A stretch of DNA of 58,564 nucleotides, filler included, from Stramenopiles sp. TOSAG23-6 (taxonomy: Eukaryota), in assembly GCA_900128565.1 (NCBI GenBank). It is 2 parts of 2 records of this genome, joined end to end, with 100 filler letters (N's around TTAATTAATTAA, not from the genome) between each part and the next. Parts side by side here need not be neighbours in the genome. Positions count along the whole stretch, not along the records: positions 29,340 to 58,564 come from LT635973.1; 1 more part is not named here. One strand, 5' to 3'. The translations under genes and the position numbers were made by a program. Each line of letters begins with the position of its first letter. Position 1 is the stretch's first letter. Positions 58,514 through 58,564 of this stretch are shown here, piece after piece. Under the pieces are notes generated by a model. The model saw only the letters and a program-made list of their open reading frames with translations. It was not told the DNA's origin and searched no databases.

Positions 58514-58564
58514 ATGTATTTTGGAAAAATATTTCAAAAAAAAATTCGTTAGGTACAAAATTTC
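58514..58564 (-). other. Family intron, 3' half only (ends AT), cut by window end
   Basis: Minus strand GAAATTTTGTACCTAACG...GAAATATTTTTCCAAAATACAT|. Confidence 0.75.

Overview
AT-rich, gene-dense eukaryotic (protist, probably stramenopile/SAR) genomic DNA made of two contigs joined by an artificial N-spacer at 29240-29339. It holds about 33 protein-coding genes, mostly housekeeping (PP1, NDR kinase, CDPK-like kinase, SEH1, PCF11, VPS16, cyclin L, RING1, NDUFAF5, NDUFB2, BAF60, RHL1, ceramidase, HECT ligase). The main unexplained signal is one family of at least 27 related inserts, mostly 89-114 nt (24 complete, 3 cut by contig ends). Each one with an identifiable host gene lies in sense orientation in its coding sequence and restores the reading frame when removed. 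They have a U2-like donor (GTAYGT; variants GC/AT) and a branch motif (GTACCTAAC), but almost never end in AG. The consensus 3' end is ...AAATATTTTTTCACAATACAT. Terminal pairs: 16 GT-AT, 2 GC-AT, one each of AT-AT, AT-AC, GT-AC, GT-TT and GT-AG, and one ambiguous. This looks like an introner-type family of non-canonical GT-AT introns inserted at AT|G sites. Other signals: 12 short interstitial TTAGGG seeds, two long palindromes, and tandem duplications across stop codons. Splicing is inferred from frame restoration and remembered protein-family motifs; no RNA data or searches were available.
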